From Paramoeba atlantica (lineage: Eukaryota; Protista; Discosea): a stretch of 64,000 bases of DNA. The stretch spans positions 372,001 to 436,000 of the forward strand of contig CDRNVI010000059.1 of NCBI GenBank assembly GCA_977017575.1, given 5' to 3'. The notes under the pieces are model-generated. The model saw nothing but the letters and a program-made list of their open reading frames with translations, did no database searches and had not been told where the DNA came from. Both the position numbers and the translations under genes were made by a program. This document shows positions 24,901 to 35,300 of this stretch, piece after piece; the stretch's first letter is position 1, and each line of letters starts with the position of its first letter.

Positions 24901-26086
24901 CGCGTCCTGCAGTGCCACCGAGTCGGCCATCCGAAGTGTGAACAATTTTATCAAAACGGTGTTGATTTCAGAGGCCACAAAGTATTGGCGAAATGCGGCG
25001 CATCTTTCCGATCGGCCCCAATCGCATCCGATCGTGTTTGACTTGGCCTGTGGTCGGGGAGGGGATTTGTACAAATGGAAGGAAGTCAACCCCGCCTATG
25101 TGGTTCTCATCGATGGGGCTTTTCATGCCCTCGCGGCAGCCGCGGGTCGGTATGCGGTGGGGAAAGGACTCAGCACAAACAGCGCGACCGGAGGGGGTAT
25201 CGAAGTCCAGTTTCATTGCGCGGATTGTTTTCGTGAGGACTTAAACCCGATATTAGAATCTTTACTAAAATATGCCCCGCGGGGGGAGCTGGATATGGTC
25301 GCCTGTCAGTTTTCCCTTCACTACGCTTTTGAATCGGAGGCGACGGTCCGTCAAATGTTACATAATGTCACGTGTAAGCTGAAATCGGGGGGGTTGTTTA
25401 TCGGCACCGTGATTGAGGATACGGCGCTGGCGAAATATCTTGCACAGAAAGAAGCAAAAGGTTGGCAAGATGTGGAGAACAGCGAAAACGAGGATGGGTT
25501 TTCGTTTTCCGTAGATCCCTGTGGGGAGAAGTGGACGAAATCGAACCTTTCCGATGCCTCGAGTTGGGATTTCGGTCAGTCATATCGTTTTTCACTCGGC
25601 ACATCTGTACAAGGGGAAGAAGAGTATGTGGTTCCGTGGGAGAAGTTCCTCGCAATGGCATCCGAATACGGACTCGTGAACTGTCTTGCGGCGGATAATT
25701 TTGAGACGTGGTTTGTGAATGCGTTTTCCCAGAGAAGCACAATCCAAGAAACCCCTCGTGGTTCAAAAGATAATGAGATAAAGTGTTCTTCTTCACGGTC
25801 CCCCACTTCGCTTTTTTCGTTTTTAGAGGAGGATGTGTCGGATACAAAGCAGTACGGAGCTGTGACCAGCGATTCTTTTGCTTCTCTCTGGCAATCTCAC
25901 TATGAAGGCCCGCAGCTGGAGCTTTTAAAATGCAAGAAAAACAGAAGGAGAAGCTCTTCGTGCACATCGTCGTACGAAGACGATTTGTCAGAAACTCATC
26001 CGGTTTCTCCTTGGGAGTCGGAGGTGGTGAGTTCGGTGCGCAGCGTCTGTGGTCTTTATCGTGCCTTTGTTTTTAAAAAGTCTTAG
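21944..26086 (+). CDS. CGM1: Bifunctional mRNA cap guanylyltransferase / guanine-N7 methyltransferase (Cgm1-like)
   Basis: GTase motifs EKSDG (KxDG), CDGELV, LMFDL, DGIIF, LLKWK, RLRPEKKNAN; then MTase FDLACGRGGDLYKW, VACQFSLHYAF, LKSGGLFIGT, EYVV. This fusion is characteristic of kinetoplastids. Confidence 0.93.
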   Translation: MNSVLDSLQNLQQYFQSSYDLPVFLSTNRTLLHSLHGKSLEHLQGSDNHPSSASIIEALVSESENLSDTTTHPSIVDTDGNAFASNALWDFGSLFEQMIQLNRFDSTLSFDPNESPSPESNSKVPAKPTLERECPVWNDLLLHCGTDTTSEKTKTEVQFPGPMACTLSRRTLKTLCDPHITFLAAEKSDGLRSLLYVLHEPHFPQWSVQPLPQNPPPAPPLIYFGLMDILALETALAQLLSHRTDSNDLLEDTSSLVSCVSLSKDVRNLFHPSSASMTSSFLYYLSFSSTTTYSKTEKTTESTECDPHTSKPENSFLLTLREIKGFESEAVGSFTLTRSPRPGRFFSYFIDRRADGLYLLNEELAFAPHALCSAVCDGELVMNLKQRRLSYLMFDLAGVRLWGKRQPPGGCVDSSENRINPSNGFVAPSCTFHALGRDGVTSLRARVRLLDRVLIEGHYAAHAMRNTNLPKSLQLLPKTYFRLSELPALVAKLERTSIGDNEKGETGKTNFDETKQRNKNGFHHRYTYEGHHWNDGIIFAPDSPEFYPFVPRSVPLLLKWKWPEAETVDWWVQSSTAAARGGSKKEESEEKKAGVKKSRFSSRGSSEAASSSVMHALYFHIKKYQKGTVAFSEHVRYKTTLLDVTALGISPSSACFQNGCVVECGWDSSRARWVAKRLRPEKKNANAFHTAFSVLEAITEQLELPELLSHIQSSSSGNASFLKPNSETHSPVLTSNPDFSPSSHPLPYTCLPETYFYLRASVEKSKKILIHLQTLVKTKAQRHPLPMNLLELSSCVGLNTNSHEMLFAVLLLALANHGGSVTYSRLRVRAYFEPRTGSWVLTQLVGECGQKGNHHNPKVEATSVLNHLEAQAVVLGQDPEVVFVGEKGEMEDNEEKEEMKTIKRLEDETQRRDHGRFSKEKGEREFENREDTQQNGWLIPKGVFPHIPEKCFYHDVKAHSSCSSSSSAAAAASVFHHYDNRAREQNASCSATESAIRSVNNFIKTVLISEATKYWRNAAHLSDRPQSHPIVFDLACGRGGDLYKWKEVNPAYVVLIDGAFHALAAAAGRYAVGKGLSTNSATGGGIEVQFHCADCFREDLNPILESLLKYAPRGELDMVACQFSLHYAFESEATVRQMLHNVTCKLKSGGLFIGTVIEDTALAKYLAQKEAKGWQDVENSENEDGFSFSVDPCGEKWTKSNLSDASSWDFGQSYRFSLGTSVQGEEEYVVPWEKFLAMASEYGLVNCLAADNFETWFVNAFSQRSTIQETPRGSKDNEIKCSSSRSPTSLFSFLEEDVSDTKQYGAVTSDSFASLWQSHYEGPQLELLKCKKNRRRSSSCTSSYEDDLSETHPVSPWESEVVSSVRSVCGLYRAFVFKKS

Positions 26087-26577
26087 ACCTTTTGGAGGAT
26101 CTTCTATTTTATGGATGATCTGTGTGATTTACATTTTTCAATTCACTTCTTTGTTGTGTGGTTGATTACGGTGTTTCATTTTTACAAAGGGAACTTTCAT
26201 GGCTGTTTTTTGTCTTACCCAGTCTCAGTATCTTAACGCACTATGGTAAGGCGCTCTCTTTTATCTTTATCAATTTTATCCCCATGTTCAACTTACATGA
26301 ATATTGTGATGCTAAAGATTCTGATCTGCGACGTGGGTTTCTTCGGCTCTTCTGCCTCAGGATCAATTGATGGAACGTTTTATTCAGGACATTCACAATA
26401 CAATGCCATCGTGGAAAACTGCGAAACGAAGTGGTTGGCTTAGTCATATCAAATGTGTCTCGGTGTGTACGTGGGAAGGTGTAAATTGCAATGACCTGTG
26501 TTATTGGCCAGTCTACTGGCCACCAACAGCCTATTGGTATCTCCCTCGTCCACTTTAGCCTGGGTTTTTAAAATTAA

Positions 26578-28160
26578 ACCACATACCCGTTTATCATACC
26601 TATACCTTGGATAACATACCTGGGTGATATGTTATTCTGGCCCGCGACACTTAACATACCCCCCCTTCGTCCCACGGCTTTTTTTGTGCAACAGTACAAA
26701 AATCTAACCCTAAGATCACGCACCTTTTTATACAAAATGTTTTTTTTATGCATTTTTATATGTATTTTGATACGTTCTACACTCAACACAATTATTTGTG
26801 TAACAAAAAACAGGAAAACAAAATTTGTGAATTTTTAATTATGCAACATTTTTAAAAATGGGAATTTTATTTTAATTTTTTTGCCCAAATTCTAAAATCA
26901 AAACTGTTTTTTAACTTAAACGAGTGTCCGGTTTATTTTTACCTGGGTTTTATAGGGTCCGGTTTTTTAATACCTGTGAGCTCGTACCATACCGGAGTGA
27001 GTATGGTATCGTGACCCATGGCCAATAGCATACCCCACCCCCTGGTTTTTAGCACTTCCCCCTGGTTTTCTTTAGCAGTTCTGAATGGTTGTAAACCCCC
27101 TTCCCACTTAATAACTTTATTTACACTTTATTTACACACTTTTATTATTTACTGGACACTTACTATTTACATGGACACTTATTATTTACACACTTTTATC
27201 ATTTACATGGCTTTTAATCTCTCAAAATTTTGAAAAATGTCACTGAAGCAAATTACAAAAACGCGATGAAAGCAGTTCCTACGACTCAAGCGGCGCACCC
27301 GAATACTCATCGGAAAATCTATCCGATGAAGGCGTCCAACCTTCAGGTGAGCAGCCCAACCGGCCATTTGCAATGAGTCACAGCAGAGACATGAGAAAAG
27401 TAAGACTGGGAACGAATGACCCATCACATGAGGAAATGCGTATCATCATCAGTGAAAAACCGATTTGTTGAAATGAGATTGAACGGCATGATAAAAGTGC
27501 CTCTTCTCGCCTTCAATCATGGATCGGTCAGAAAATTTTATATCACCTGCAGGAGCCAATGTAAATAATAAGTGGAATTTCCCCGTAATATTTATATGGA
27601 CACTTATTATTTACATACTCTTATTATTTACCATTTTTCGCATGTAAATATTAAGTGGGAGGGGGGTTTACCTAAATCTTTTTTTGTTTGTGTTTAACTT
27701 TCTTTTCAAACGCAATATTTTATTAATACTTACCACACGTCCGAATATACACACACATCACATTACTATTCATACCGAATTACCTTCATGCCATTACTAT
27801 TCCAAATCTATCTGTGAATGGTCTGGCTTACCAGTGACCGTCCGGAGCAATCCGGAATGATTTGGATTGGATCGGATTTATCCATACCGCCTACATTTCC
27901 CTTAAAAAAAATCTTCACAAATATTTGTGCAACAAAAATTTGTGAATTTTTTATTGTGCAACAATTTCAAAAGTTGCACAATAAAAAATTCACAAATTTT
28001 TGCGAACGCTGTAGCATTTGGTACTACGCGCGGTACGTCTTTAGATACAGGTTCTAACAGTGAAAGTGTTTTTCTTCTCTTTTATATTTCTTCACCTGTC
28101 TACTTAACATACCTATACCTTGATAACATACCGGGGGGGTATGTTAAACGGGTATGTGGT
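26578..28160. mobile_element. Non-coding TIR element (~1.6 kb) with nested repeats
   Basis: ACCACATACCCGTTTA at 26578 and TAAACGGGTATGTGGT at 28145-28160; contains AT-rich repeats, a 28-bp-stem hairpin (~27930-28000) and a SINE-B 3' fragment. Confidence 0.55.
27800..27881 (+). mobile_element. 5'-truncated SINE-B fragment
   Basis: CCAAATCTATCTGTGAATGGTCTGGCTTACCAGTGACCGTCCGGAGCAATCCGGAATGAT(TTGGA)n matches the SINE-B 3' end. Confidence 0.75.
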
Positions 28161-28502
28161 CTAATAGGGGGGATATTCGGATGGATTCGTTGATCACATT
28201 CGTTCGCTGTTTTCTTCGAAGCCCTCGTGGGTTATATTCTGACTCACTGTACACTGCAATCTGACTATACACTGCAATTTGAAGAAGATGCTCCACCGTC
28301 GATTACCTCGATCGAGTCCTCTGAATCATATTCGTCTGAATTTGACGAAGATGGTTCCTCCTGGCGGATTTCCGTTCAATGCCATGGTATTAGTAGGAAA
28401 ATCGTTGTGACAGTTCTCGCCATATTCGAAAGCGCAGGTAAAATCACTTTCGGTGTCAGAGTACACTTCTACACCGATATGGCCTGAGTTATCACTTGCC
28501 GT

Positions 28503-28753
28503 TATACCCCCCCCAGTAACAGAGATTTGGTTCGGGAGGGTGGTTGGAGGGGGGGTCTTTGAGCAGGTGGTGGTCGCTGGGCTGTGTGAGGGTGCTTGCG
28601 CGGGGGCGAATGGCATAGTTGCGGGGTTGTCTGGGCAGAAAATCAACGCACCCATGAACAAAAAAGGTCTTTTCCCACCAAAAAAGCATACCCCCCCAGT
28701 AACAGAGACTTGGCCATTTGGGTCCAAAATCGATTCTATTACTGGGGGGTATA
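28503..28753. mobile_element. MITE (TA-flanked)
   Basis: TATACCCCCCCCAGTAA ... TTACTGGGGGGTATA terminal inverted repeats; internal repeat CCCCCCAGTAACAGAGA. Confidence 0.65.
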
Positions 28754-29019
28754 CGGTAACTCCTTTATAGCCACAGCCTTCAATGTATCCATTAGTCGCT
28801 ACAAATACAAATTTCTAAATTGAGGGAGATGCTACTCCCTCGCTACTTATTTTCATGTTTTAGACCGTATGTCCATATTTTTCCGTGACTGCTCGATCTC
28901 TGAAAAAGAAGCGCCCATTAGATGAATCGGGCTCTATTGAAAAGCTTACAAGCTTTGGAGGATGACCTTCTTCCAAGTGGAGTGCGGCGGACAGAAGCTA
29001 CACTAGGTCATTAATAATT

Positions 29020-29914
29020 TTAGGCTCTTCGTTAAACGCGGTGGTTGTTTTCAACTTAGAAGTCACTCATGCTACGCTCTCCGAGTTGAAAACCACCACC
29101 GCGTTTAACGAAGAGCCCAAAAAGGAAACTTTAGCCTGGAAAACGGAAAGATTATAGCCAAAAATAGCCGAATTTCGGGTAAAAATGGGGTAATTTTCGC
29201 GTATTTTTGCTGTCAGAGCACTAAATCCGACATTTGCGCGTGGGAAATCACTCGTAGGCATGAATGGAAGCCTACCGAACGTATTGGGTAGAGAATGCGA
29301 CTCCAACCATACCATTCTTTCGACACAAAAATGCCACTTTAGGTCCGAAAAATACTTTTTCACCTTTTTTAGTCAAAAATGGGTCATTTTGAGGGGCGCA
29401 CCACGGTTCGAAGAAGGGATACCTTGCGAAAGCAACTGCGGAGAAAGCTAGTGTAGGTCCCAAATTATCAAAATACAATAGGGGAAACGATTTTGGAAAA
29501 ATATTCTTTTTGTCATTTTTTTCGACAAGCTGAAATTTTTTTCAAAAAAATTTTTCCTAAAAAATCCGTACTTGGCGGGCCCGTCATGCGGATACGCGGG
29601 GGGGTCACCCCCGGGTAGGGGGGTGGAAAATGCGCGCCAAGACCCCGGCTACCCTTTCTGCGGTTTTTTTTCGAAAACTAATTTTTTCGAAAAAATTTGC
29701 TCGACCATGACCCCCCCTGGACCCCCCCCCATGGACCCCCCCCATGGACCCCCCATTTTTTTTAATTTTTTTTTTCAGTTTTGGACCACCGGAGCCCCCT
29801 TTTATATTTTTTTCTTCTATTATATTACTGTGTTCCTCTTTATATTTTCACTGTTTTTGTTCACTTTTTTTTCAATAATCGAGGGTAGAGCGGTAGTTTT
29901 ACAACCACCGCAAT
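29020..29914 (-). mobile_element. Hairpin-ended dispersed element family A, copy A1
   Basis: ~105-bp long hairpin (AGGCTCTTCGTTAAACGCGGTGGTTGTTTTCAAC...) at one end and GCGGTAGTTTTACAACCACCGC-AAT at the other; body shared with six other copies. Confidence 0.85.
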
Positions 29915-30152
29915 TCTTGAGCATTATCATTATTCATGACAGGGGGAGTAGTGAATGAGTTTTCCAATAGTGTGTCATTTCCAAGACGGGGTATTTGCCC
30001 CTACTGCTCCCCTTTACCTTTTTCACCACACTTTTCCCCACAAATCTTCACCTTTCTCCACCCTTTTCCTCCCCCAACCCCAACCTTCCTCACCACCACC
30101 CTTTTTTTTACCTTTTTCCCCTTTATCCTTTTCCCTCCCCCTCCCCCCCTCC

Positions 30153-30764
30153 ATGCCCCCTCCCCCCTTCCCCACCTCCTCCCCCCCCCACGGCCCCCCC
30201 CGTGGCTACCTCAACCGCCTCACCTCCCTCGGCCTCCCCCCGTGGGCGGCCTTCGGGGGGGCCCTGGGGCGTCGCACCCGGTACGCCCTCACCAACCCCT
30301 CCCCCGGGGTCTACCCCTGCCGCCCGCACCAACTCAGGGAGGTCTGGGGGCACGAGAGGGTACGCACCCGGGTGCGCTCCTCCCGCGGCCACCACCACGT
30401 CTACAAGCAGCTGAAGTACCCGAAGATGGAGCTCGGGGTGTGGTACAGCGACGTGCTGGACCACTGGGTGCAGCTCCCCCACGTGACCGCGGTCAGCTTC
30501 GAGGTCGAGCGGGCGGGGGGGCTGGACGGGTTCGTGCTGGGGAGCGCGGGGGAGGGGCTGCGCTCCTCCTACGGGGAGAGGCTGCGGAGGCAGATGCTGG
30601 TGAGGAAGGGGGAGGTGGAGAAGAATTTTGTGTTGGGGAGGCAGGCGGAGGGGTTGGCGGAGGTGATGTTTGAGGCGTGGAGGAGGGACCCCGGGGTGTT
30701 GGTGGGGGTGTACGGGATGGAGGAGGGGGAGGTGCCGAAGAGGGGGGAAACAACGGTGGGGTGA
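30153..30764 (+). CDS. Mitochondrial ribosomal protein bL28m-like
   Basis: KQLKYPKMELGVWYSDVLDHWVQLPHVTAVSFEVERAGGLDGFVL fits the L28 pattern (P...S..L......GGLD..L). The in-frame ATG at 30153 follows a polypyrimidine tract, so 29955-30152 is probably UTR. Confidence 0.65.
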   Translation: MPPPPFPTSSPPHGPPRGYLNRLTSLGLPPWAAFGGALGRRTRYALTNPSPGVYPCRPHQLREVWGHERVRTRVRSSRGHHHVYKQLKYPKMELGVWYSDVLDHWVQLPHVTAVSFEVERAGGLDGFVLGSAGEGLRSSYGERLRRQMLVRKGEVEKNFVLGRQAEGLAEVMFEAWRRDPGVLVGVYGMEEGEVPKRGETTVG

Positions 30765-31049
30765 GGAGGGGGTAGGGTAGGTTTTGCCGTTTCCGCTCGT
30801 AAAGGATGCGGTGAAGGGTTGTTTTCTCCTGTCAGGTGCGTACTCCCCGGACGAAAAACAGCGTGCGTAGTTCGCCTTTCCTGGATATTTTCATTTGTTT
30901 ATTTTTTGACACTTTTTTAATTTTGATGTTTTCTTTTGTTTCTTCCCTATACGTCGAAAGTTGTAAAAATCTTTTGAATCTATTTTTACAGGTGGTTTAA
31001 AGGAAAAATGTTTTTTCTTTCTTCAAAAATACGTTATTGACAAAGCACA

Positions 31050-31925
31050 ATGTCTGATGTTCAAGCTCCTCGGTATGGTGCAAAAGTGAGCGGTACCGAA
31101 CTCCCTGGGGAAATTGTCCTCTCTAGGCTTATCGAAAATGTAAGCAACGGTGATTCTTCGTGGAAAGAAGATCACCCTGTGTCCACTTGGTCCGGTGTTG
31201 AAATCTCTGAAGGTCGTGTGACGAAACTCGCGTGGCCTTCCAGGGGTTTGCGTGGCAGTCTCAATTGGCAATATCTTCCTCAATCTGTGCGTTACCTTGA
31301 AATCTGTCATAATTATCTAACGGGGGTGATTGAAGCGGAACGCCTACCTTCGATTCTTTATGTATTCGATTTCGGCCAGAACAATTTTAACCAAGTAGAT
31401 GATTTTACTACATTACCTGGAGAACTTCGAACCTTTGCGGGTCCTCAGAATCTTTTATCCAGCAAGCTTGATTTAACGCACCTTCCTCCTCAGTTAAGCT
31501 TTTTAAACTTAGACAACAATCGGTTATTTGGAACAATCTCTCTTTCCTCTTTACCTGCGACGCTGCAATTTCTTTCTTTGTCACACAACAGGCTTTGTGG
31601 GAATATAGACTTCAACGGCCTTCCCCCTTTTCTTGATGATCTGCGTCTTAGTTACAATTCATTTTCTGGAGAGCTCCATTTCACTCGCCTTTCTTCCTCC
31701 ATGCGTACACTTATGTTAAACCACAACGAGTTTTCGGGGGAAGTGTCGTTTAGAAAGTTTCCCGACTCACTTGCCATGCTTACTCTGGACGAGAATTATC
31801 TCTGTGGAATTGTTCCTGGTTATTTGTCAAGCGTAGTTTCGATGTATCCACAAAAACGACTATGTGCTCGTGCCGCTGGTCAAAATGTTCCTGACAAGGA
31901 AATTGCGTGGAGCGAGTGGGGTTAG
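31050..31925 (+). CDS. Leucine-rich repeat protein
   Basis: WSGV..EGRVTKLAW cap followed by repeats of LPxxLxxLxLxxNxLxGxI. Confidence 0.9.
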   Translation: MSDVQAPRYGAKVSGTELPGEIVLSRLIENVSNGDSSWKEDHPVSTWSGVEISEGRVTKLAWPSRGLRGSLNWQYLPQSVRYLEICHNYLTGVIEAERLPSILYVFDFGQNNFNQVDDFTTLPGELRTFAGPQNLLSSKLDLTHLPPQLSFLNLDNNRLFGTISLSSLPATLQFLSLSHNRLCGNIDFNGLPPFLDDLRLSYNSFSGELHFTRLSSSMRTLMLNHNEFSGEVSFRKFPDSLAMLTLDENYLCGIVPGYLSSVVSMYPQKRLCARAAGQNVPDKEIAWSEWG

Positions 31926-32377
31926 ATATGCTCGTATTTTTCTTAACTTTCTTTATTTTTTTCTTAGCGTATTTTTCTTAACTTTTCTAAACAATCAATA
32001 GAAGTATTTGTGCAGCAAGAAAGAGGAAAACAAAAGTTTGTGAGTTTTTTATTGTGCAACAATTTTAAAAATAGAAATTATATTTTTGTGCTTTTTTATT
32101 CTATTTTTTGCCCAAATGCTAAAACAAAGGATTTTTTAACCGACTGTGAGCAGCAATGTGGGCGGAATGTTGCGGTTGAAGGCCCTTGAGATTTCAACCC
32201 GGGACGATCGGAAACCAAAAATAGTGATCCTCTGCACAAAGAATTGTGACCTTTTTATTGATTTTTTTAGCAGGTTCATACTAAAAGTTTCTTGGTATTA
32301 CTCGTACTGTGTTTTTTCACTGCCGTTAGTTGAAGAAAAAAATAGGGAAATATTTTTTCTCAGGGTGTTGTTAATCA

Positions 32378-35300
32378 ATGGATAAAGAGCCGTTGAGCCA
32401 TGTGGAACTCATACTGGGAGCTGTTCAACACAAATACCTGCTGCCCCTCATTCATTATGGCGTTCTGGGGGAGCGCGAAAAGCATCCCACAGCCTCGAAT
32501 TCTAAAACTCTTGCATCTTCGTCATCATCACTCGACTCAAAAGAGGTTGAAAATGCGATTGCGGCGTATTTTGAAAATACCGCTCAGGTGTTCCAATTTT
32601 TGCATAAATCAAGAATGATCTCTCGATTGGTTGATTCTTGGCCTTCGACTTCACAACACAAACAGCCTTCTCCGGCACCCAGGACGCAAAGACCGGATAC
32701 TTCTTCTAGCCCTTTGGATATCTCAGAGCGTGTGTACCGTACCTTATCTTTGTTTATTCACGCTGCGATGAAATGTTATACTTTTTCGTGCGAAAAGCAA
32801 ACGACTTCTGGAGACAAACTCACTCGCTCCCTTGCGATTCGTACACTTTTTACGATCATAGAGACCTATGTGGATCAGAGTCCCATACATTGGGTAGTAC
32901 GATCCACCCCTGGGATACTGTCCACGATTGCAAGGTTTCTCTCTCCAAATTCGACATCAATGGCATCGGACAGCTCTGTACTTTGCATCCATATACTCAC
33001 TATCGTACTTCGTCGAAATTTTAATAATGTACAGTATAGAGACTCCATACCTCATGACTCTTTGCTTGTAGTCTTCCGACATCTTTTTCATTCGCTGTTG
33101 GGTTTCTCCGGGACCTCTGATTTTCAGGATAACTTTGAATCCAGAGAATCTCACAACTCAATGTCCGAGCGTTCTTTGCAGAGACATTGGCTTTGGTTTG
33201 CCTCAAATTTTACAGATGAGCTGAACGGAAACACAATTTCAGCTGCACTACAACTTTGCAACGTCATTCTTCACGCTCCTGCCTCCCTTACTTACGCCTC
33301 CGTGTCAGATAGCAGTGCTAACTCTTCAAATGTTTCCCAAGATAAGGAATTGCAGAGTTGGCTTTTAGAATATCACAAAACTACGGAACACAATAAGAAG
33401 GATACAATGGAAAAAGGCGTTGTAGTCCCCCGCAACAACAACTTCGCTGTAAGCAATCCTGTTCCATCTCGTCTCTTTGAATATGCTTTGGATGCCTACG
33501 TGCTTTTGAATTATTTTCAGTATCGATACGATTTGATTCCAACGCAAGACAAAAACAGTCAATTGGATGAGAACACAGATTACAAAGGTGGACGATCTTT
33601 ATTCGATCCATCTACAAATACGAACACTTCTTTTGGTAATATGAATCGACCTCTTTTTTTGGAATTTCTGCGCTCTCGGGGAATTTCTCTTTTAAATTCT
33701 CTCGTTGGTGTCCAACGGAAAAAACTGCCACGCGATGACACACAAGATTTCTTACTCAATTACACTTCTCTTCCTGCAGAAAACACACTGCTCCTTTTCG
33801 TTGCCTACTGCTACTGCTCGAATCTTTTTACGTCCTCAAACTCAGAAATGGTTTCCTTTTCTCATCTTTCCGGTCTGATTCTGCAGTGTTCTCAATGGGT
33901 CACTACACTACATGCTTCTTTTCAAGCACAACCTAAAAAACATTTTTCGGACGCAATCGAGACACCACTGATTCAGCCATCCTCCAAAATTTCGACAAAG
34001 CTGTATGAGTCCATTCGGATCACCCATGAAACTGAAGACTTCTCTTCGCCTTCTCTAAATCTTCATCTGATTACACAAACGACAGCGTGTCATGTTTTAG
34101 ATGATTTGGTTGCTCTTCTTCAACCTTCTTCCGAGGTTGCCACGATCTGTGTTGATATCTTGGAAGACATTCAACTTTGGCGATGTGCTCATCTTGGTGC
34201 GATTCACATTCTCACGGTTCTGTTTGGACTCTGCGACTTCAATTTTCCTGTTCTCCAGCCAAGGCTTTCCTCTCTGCACAGTGAAATGGGTGAAGGCCTC
34301 ATCGGTTATCTTCTCTCCCTACAACACTTATGGGGTTGGGATATTTCCGAAAGATTATTTTACGAAAAGTTTGGCCTTCCTTCAAGTCTACAAGATCAAG
34401 TCGATCGCTCGCTTGAATCCTTTCAAGAAACCAATTCCTATTCCTCCATCGAACTCAAACACAAATATCAAATGCTGTGTCACTTGCTTCATTTTCTCGG
34501 TACAGCCGGCTCTGGAGAGGAAGCAAAGACGCACCGTTCTATACGTCTCCAATGTCTTTTTCGAGTTCTGGAATACATCGAATGTGCTGTTCCGGAAATC
34601 CAACGAGCCGCCCAGCAGGCTTTACGTCGCATCTCCACAACAGATCGTCTAACCTCTTTTCTGTTTCAGCATACCGATTACATTTTAGATGAGTTCTCCA
34701 GACGACTGTCGTACTCCATGTGCTTTCCCCGTACCGCTCAACTCGTGGGTACGTTTTTAAATCTGATTTCACAACCGAATGTTTGGACGAATTCGACTAG
34801 CACGAAATCCGTCGATTTAGATTCGCCTTGTGTTCCGCTACTTCTTGACCCGGAAAAAGACGTAGAGGACGGTGTCTCTCTTGTTACCTTCTCTTCCCAT
34901 GTGGAGGGCTTTATTCGTGAACTTCTTTTCGGACCCCTCGGCACTTCTCTTCCTGATTTTGATAAAACCACAATCCTTTGCGCCGCAGTTCGTTACTTCC
35001 GTGCCGTAATCCTCACCGAGCGTAGAAAAGATCCTTTTTGGATTCAACACCATCCCATTTCACCTCCAAGTACCACAAACCCAAGTGCTTCGCTACCAAC
35101 ACTTTCGGATACCTCGAAAAGCACAGAAAACACCTCAACTCCCATTTCTCCCCCACAACCCTTCCCAAACACACAAACCTCTGAAACACAAAAAAACTCT
35201 AAAATTCCAAATCCCTATCCGAATCCGTTCCAAAACACACAAAAAAGTGCACATCCCATTTCTCCCCCACCCCCTTTTTCCCCCACCTCAAAACGACTGG

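Noticed and set aside
29955-30152. N-terminal extension of the bL28m-like ORF
   Set aside because: It is a polypyrimidine tract typical of a trans-splicing region; the ATG at 30153 is the more plausible start.
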